From Dethiobacteria bacterium (GTDB taxonomy: Bacteria > Bacillota > Dethiobacteria > DTU022 > UBA8154), in contig JBMNNS010000002.1 in assembly GCA_050942625.1 (NCBI GenBank), forward strand, positions 1-56,769: DNA of 56,769 nt. Reading direction: 5' to 3'. Below the pieces are notes generated by a model that was given only the letters and a program-made list of their open reading frames with translations, searched no databases and was not told the origin of the DNA. Made by a program: the position numbers and the translations under genes. Below are positions 52,551 to 56,769 of this stretch, one piece after another. Each line of letters opens with the position of its first letter. The first letter of the stretch is position 1.

Positions 52551-55500
52551 CTAATCGGAAAAATACCTTATCCCGGCCTCAAAAAGATGCTGGTCTTTTT
52601 CTCCCGGGACATTGATGCCTACATGCGGGCCAACCCTTTCAGAATGGGCCATTTTGCCCAGTATCCTCCCATCAGGGCTAGTAATCGCCTCAATAGCTTC
52701 AAAGGAGCCGTTGGGATTGCAGGTAATATCATTACTGGGGTTACCCTTTAAATCCACATATTGGGTAGCAACCTGCCCCTTGCTGATAAGGTCTGCAATT
52801 ACATTTTTACTGGCTATAAAACGCCCCTCCCCATGGGAAACAGGCAACGTATGAATGTCTCCCAGCTTCACCCTGGAAAACCACGGTGAAAGAACGGAGG
52901 CTACTCTGGTACGTACCATGCGGGAAACATGGCGCCCAAGGGTATTAAAGGTAAGCGTAGGACTATCCTCAGTAAGATCCCGAATTTCACCATAAGGTAC
53001 CAACCCCAGTTTAATCAGGGCCTGAAAACCGTTGCAAATACCCAGTATCAAACCGTCCTTTTCGTGTAGAAACTTCATGACCGCTTCTTTAATAAAGGGG
53101 TTTCTAAACATAACTGCTATGAATTTTCCGGAACCTTCCGGTTCGTCCCCACCACTAAACCCACCGGGGAACATAATTATTTGTGCCTTCTCTATGCAGC
53201 GGACCAATTCGGAAACGGATTGTTCTACATCTACCGGGGTAAGGTTCCTGATAACTATGGTATCCACAATTCCGCCTGCTTTTTGAAAAGCCCTGGCAGA
53301 ATCATATTCGCAGTTAGTCCCTGGGAAAACAGGGATCAGGATCCTTGGTTTAGCCACGGGAAAGCGTGGTTTAAAGGCTCTTCTCCTTTCGAAATTGATT
53401 ATTTGGGGCTCTGGCAAGCTACTTCCCGCCTTGGTGGGGAAAACCTTTTCCAAAGGTTCTTCCCAGGCCGCTAAAGCCTCCTGGATGGGGATTTCCAGAT
53501 CATTAAGTCTGATTGCTTCCTTTTCCTGTGTATAACCCAGCAACTTATAATCCAGACCGGCCAAAACAGCGTCAAGGTCAGCCTTGGTATCAATTTCTAA
53601 AACAAGGGATCCATAGTCAGGGATAAATAGGGATTCTGGCTGGACCGTGTTGTTGAAAATAAATCCAATGCGGTTGCCGAAAGACATTTTACTGATTGCT
53701 GCCGCCAGCCCTCCCATCCTGATAGTATGGGAAGCAAGGACCTGTCCCGCTCGCATAAGTGCATTGATCTGCTGAAAATTTTTTTGCAGCCTGGGAAAAT
53801 CAGGCAGTTCATTTTCATCCCTGGGAGCGGGGACCAGCACTACCCTGCTACCCGGCCTTTTAAATTCCTGGGAAACAATATGTCCGGCATCAGCCACATT
53901 AATGGCAAAAGCAACAAGCGTGGGGGGGACGTCCAGATCCATGAAGGTGCCGGACATACTGTCCTTTCCACCTATAGCCGGGATCTGCAACTGTTTTTGC
54001 GCATAAAAGGCTCCCAAAAGGGCTGCAAAAGGTTTCCCCCAGCGCTTGGGGTCTTCCCCCAGTTTTTCAAAATATTCCTGCAGGGTAAGGCGGATCTTCC
54101 TATAATCCCCGCCAAGAGCTACAACCCTGGTTACCGCTTCCACAACGGCATAAAGGGCTCCATGAAAAGGGCTCCATTTTGATAGCTGCGGGTTGTAACC
54201 AAAGGTCATAATCGTAGCTGTAGAAGTTTCTCCCCGGAGGATAGGCAACTTGGCTACCATGCCCTCTGCAGGCGTAGCCTGGTATTTCCCACCAAGGGGA
54301 AATAGCACTGTTCCTGCACCAACGGTGCTGTCGAATCTTTCCACCAGGCCCCGCTGACTGCAAACATTCAGGTCCTGCAAATTGACCAGCCAGGCAGACT
54401 TTAAATCAGGCAGTTCCTTTACGACGTTTTCAGGTAGTGTTTTAAAATAATTTTCTTTTTCTTTTGGGGAAACCACGGCTACCTTTGTCTTTTGTTTTAC
54501 CCCGCTACTATTAAGAAAGTCCCTGCTTAAGTCTACAATAAGTTTATTTCTCCAAAACATCTTCATTCTTCTTTCGGTGGCAACCCTGGCTATAACGGTA
54601 GCTTCCACATTTTCTCTACGGGCATATTCCTGGAATGCCGCCGCATCCTCGGCAGCAAGAATAACAGCCATGCGCTCCTGTGATTCGGAAATAGCTAATT
54701 CAGTACCGTCCAGCCCTTCGTATTTTTTGGGCACAAGGTCAAGATTTATTTCTACACCTTCAGCTAATTCACCGACTGCCACAGAAACACCACCTGCGCC
54801 GAGGTCGTTGCTTTTTTTAATCATGGTGCTGACCTTTGGTTCCCGGAAAAGCCTTTGGATCATCCTTTCCGTAGGCGGATTACCCTTTTGCACCTCTGCC
54901 CCACAGGTAAAAAGCGAATCTATGGTGTGTTCCTTAGAGGAGCCGGTAGCACCGCCACAGCCGTCCCTGCCGGTCCTTCCCCCCAACAGGATTATTACAT
55001 CACCGGCAGCGGGTTTTTTTCTGACAACATTACTTTTAGGGGCAGCGCTGATAACGGCACCAATTTCCATCCTTTTGGCCAGGAAGCCTTCATCATATAT
55101 TTCGGCTACCTGCCCTGTAGCCAGGCCGATCTGATTTCCATAGGAACTATAGCCTGCAGCTGCACTGGTAGTTATTTTACGTTGGGGTAGTTTGCCAGGA
55201 AGGGTGTCTTCAACCTTCCTTCGTGGGTCTGCGCTACCTGTTACACGCATGGCCTGGTAAACATAGGTTCTCCCGGAAAGGGGATCCCTGATGGCACCTC
55301 CCAGGCAGGTGGCCGCCCCGCCAAAGGGTTCTATTTCAGTGGGATGGTTATGGGTTTCATTTTTAAACATGACCAGCCATTCTTCCTCGTTTCCATTTAC
55401 TTTGACAGGAACCACAATACTAGCAGCATTGACCTCCTCGGATTCGTCCAAGTCTTCCAGGAGACCTTTTTTCTTCATTTCCCTCATAGCAATAAGGGCA

Positions 55501-56336
55501 ATATCCATGAGACTCATTTCTTTTTCTTTTGCTTCAGCCCCATAAACATCTGCCCTGGAAGAAAGGTATTCCAGGTACGCTTTTTCGATAGGCCTGGTAA
55601 AGCGGCCTTTTTCTAGATCAACATCCTCAATTTTAGTTAGAAAGGTAGTATGCCGGCAATGATCCGACCAATAGGTATCAATAACCCTGATCTCTGTTAT
55701 GGTAGGATCCCTTTTTTCCGTATCACAAAAATAGGCCTGGCAAAATAGAAGGTCCTCAAGGCTCATAGCTAGCCCTATATCTTCGGAAAATAATTTTATT
55801 TCAGCAGGGGTTTTTTCAATAAAACCTCGAATTATTTCCACATCTTGTGGGACAGCTACCTCCATTTCAAGATTCTGTGGTTTAGAAAAATCTGCTTCCC
55901 GGGATTCAACAGGGTTAATACAATATTTTTTTATCCGGGCTAAATCATCCTGGGAAAGTTCCCCCCTTAGAACAATTACCCTGGCACAACGAATAAGGGG
56001 GGGTCTTTTCTGGGTAAGGAACTGCACACACTGCGCCGTCGACTCTGCCCGCTGATCAAATTGACCGGGTAAGTATTCCATGGCAAAAATATGCTCGTCC
56101 TCGCCAACTGGTAGTTCTTCATCATAGCAAATATCCACTGCTGGCTCAGAAAAAATAATCTGGCGTGCCTTAAAATATTCTTCATCACTTAACCCAGAAA
56201 TATCATAGCGGTTCACTATTCTGACATTTTCCAGCTTCTCGATGTTGAGGTTTTCCCGTAGATCATGATACAAATTTTGGGCCTCGATATCAAAACCCTG
56301 GCCCTTTTCCACGTAGATTCTTTTTATTGATCCCAA
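52551..56336 (-). CDS. purL: Phosphoribosylformylglycinamidine (FGAM) synthase, single-chain large form
   Basis: 1261 aa. Contains the synthetase core (HNHPTEIEPFGGAATCLGGAIRD, ESQERM) and a C-terminal glutaminase domain (GICNGFQAL, HGEGRF). TTG start. Confidence 0.9.
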   Translation of the reverse strand: MGSIKRIYVEKGQGFDIEAQNLYHDLRENLNIEKLENVRIVNRYDISGLSDEEYFKARQIIFSEPAVDICYDEELPVGEDEHIFAMEYLPGQFDQRAESTAQCVQFLTQKRPPLIRCARVIVLRGELSQDDLARIKKYCINPVESREADFSKPQNLEMEVAVPQDVEIIRGFIEKTPAEIKLFSEDIGLAMSLEDLLFCQAYFCDTEKRDPTITEIRVIDTYWSDHCRHTTFLTKIEDVDLEKGRFTRPIEKAYLEYLSSRADVYGAEAKEKEMSLMDIALIAMREMKKKGLLEDLDESEEVNAASIVVPVKVNGNEEEWLVMFKNETHNHPTEIEPFGGAATCLGGAIRDPLSGRTYVYQAMRVTGSADPRRKVEDTLPGKLPQRKITTSAAAGYSSYGNQIGLATGQVAEIYDEGFLAKRMEIGAVISAAPKSNVVRKKPAAGDVIILLGGRTGRDGCGGATGSSKEHTIDSLFTCGAEVQKGNPPTERMIQRLFREPKVSTMIKKSNDLGAGGVSVAVGELAEGVEINLDLVPKKYEGLDGTELAISESQERMAVILAAEDAAAFQEYARRENVEATVIARVATERRMKMFWRNKLIVDLSRDFLNSSGVKQKTKVAVVSPKEKENYFKTLPENVVKELPDLKSAWLVNLQDLNVCSQRGLVERFDSTVGAGTVLFPLGGKYQATPAEGMVAKLPILRGETSTATIMTFGYNPQLSKWSPFHGALYAVVEAVTRVVALGGDYRKIRLTLQEYFEKLGEDPKRWGKPFAALLGAFYAQKQLQIPAIGGKDSMSGTFMDLDVPPTLVAFAINVADAGHIVSQEFKRPGSRVVLVPAPRDENELPDFPRLQKNFQQINALMRAGQVLASHTIRMGGLAAAISKMSFGNRIGFIFNNTVQPESLFIPDYGSLVLEIDTKADLDAVLAGLDYKLLGYTQEKEAIRLNDLEIPIQEALAAWEEPLEKVFPTKAGSSLPEPQIINFERRRAFKPRFPVAKPRILIPVFPGTNCEYDSARAFQKAGGIVDTIVIRNLTPVDVEQSVSELVRCIEKAQIIMFPGGFSGGDEPEGSGKFIAVMFRNPFIKEAVMKFLHEKDGLILGICNGFQALIKLGLVPYGEIRDLTEDSPTLTFNTLGRHVSRMVRTRVASVLSPWFSRVKLGDIHTLPVSHGEGRFIASKNVIADLISKGQVATQYVDLKGNPSNDITCNPNGSFEAIEAITSPDGRILGKMAHSERVGPHVGINVPGEKDQHLFEAGIRYFSD

Positions 56337-56436
56337 CGAATTAATGCCCCCTCAAAATATCTGTTATTTGCTAAAAAAAGCAAACTACAGGTTGGGTTAC
56401 CTTTTCCAAATTGCAAACTGCTAACCTGACGTCCCC

Positions 56437-56465
56437 ATCATAATACAATTTTATTTCCTTGCCAA
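56437..56465 (-). promoter_or_regulatory. Candidate sigmaA promoter of purL
   Basis: TTGGCA - 17 nt - TATGAT about 100 nt upstream of the TTG start. Confidence 0.4.
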
Positions 56466-56646
56466 GTGTCCAATAAAGTAAATCTGAGGTTATGATATAA
56501 AATTCCAAAAAGTACAAGCACTGTAAGATACAGGGCTAAGCCTTACCTTCATCAGGGAAATTAATCTGAACGTACCAACCCCCGTCGTCGGTAGATATCT
56601 TCTTTTGATCTAATATTAAGTGTGCCTTTCTTGACTCTGATACCTG

Positions 56647-56769
56647 TTAGGATTGCCATCTCTTCCAGATGAAGAATACCGTAGTATTCATCTTCTCGAT
56701 AATGCTGCGGTCATCGTAGCGGTCATAGACCTCTAAAGGTTTACGCACCGATCCATTTGTCAAAAAGAC
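56647..56769 (-). other. 3' end of an ORF entering from outside the window; possibly a degraded transposase-like gene
   Basis: The frame reads ...KPLEVYDRYDDRSIIEKMNTTVFFIWKRWQS*, with Y-x2-R-x3-E spacing as in DDE transposase C-termini. A second overlapping frame stays open for about 48 codons. Far too little sequence to assign. Confidence 0.15.

Noticed and set aside
54577-55134. 185-aa plus-strand ORF (and other 60-150-aa ORFs inside 52551-56336)
   Set aside because: They are antisense or out of frame within purL, whose 1261-aa frame carries all family motifs.
56337-56436. Purine or ZTP riboswitch upstream of purL (and upstream of the purC-like gene, 8634-8709)
   Set aside because: I looked for the purine-riboswitch core (TATAA...TATGG...GTTTCTACC...CCGTAAA...CTATG) and for ZTP/pfl motifs (GGGTCGTG, CCGCCTGGG). 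Only a partial TTCTACCGGG match occurs in the purC-like leader, which is too short (~75 nt) and lacks the other elements.
1-56769. CRISPR arrays, prophage or integrase genes, restriction-modification systems, toxin-antitoxin pairs, other tRNA or rRNA genes
   Set aside because: I scanned both strands for regularly spaced repeats, recombinase, terminase or methylase motifs and further cloverleaf-type sequences. None was found apart from the features reported. Short (ATT)4/(TTA)4 microsatellites at about 160 and about 17915 are trivial.

Overview
This window looks like core chromosome from an anaerobic, endospore-forming Firmicute (Clostridia-like). It holds about 55 genes, mostly on the minus strand, many with TTG or GTG starts and strong GGAGG Shine-Dalgarno (SD) sites. 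Layout: (1) 0.3-13.6 kb carries housekeeping and redox genes: ymdB, rubrerythrin, a PAS hybrid histidine kinase, a HEPN-like/CBS fusion protein, a disrupted flavodiiron gene, a purC-like gene, NifU-like, MBL hydrolase, CBS, DUF421/DUF4363, YjbQ and MaoC. (2) 14.4-23.5 kb carries a DUF134 + isopropylmalate-dehydrogenase-family operon, tagA, an LCP protein, a Na+/solute symporter, an M48 protease, a hydrolase, a URO-D-like protein and a SurA-like protein. (3) 23.5-42.6 kb is a cell-envelope island. It has three secreted or anchored proteins with copper-amine-oxidase-N-like domains, a TolC-like protein, pyrE, murJ, GNAT and PIG-L genes, and a tagO-mnaA-csaB-GT4-DUF4330-membrane protein-O-antigen ligase operon. 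(4) 43-56.3 kb is a conserved block: mbl, spoIIID, a degenerate M23 protein, spoIID, murA, ywmB, recR, ybaB, dnaX, a Bacillus-type SRP RNA, tRNA-Ser(GGA) and a single-chain purL. I saw no CRISPR array, prophage, integrase or recognisable toxin-antitoxin or defence cassette, and no clear-cut novel multi-gene system. The best leads are: the Swt1-like HEPN + CBS fusion with SD-led micro-ORFs bounded by a terminator (5.8-7.0 kb); an internally deleted, frameshifted flavodiiron gene next to it; a hairpin + CU-rich repeat + TATAAT cassette present at two loci, one of them antisense to the SRP RNA; and a TolC-like/anchored coiled-coil pair among copper-amine-oxidase-domain surface proteins. All family calls come from motif recognition by eye, not from database searches.
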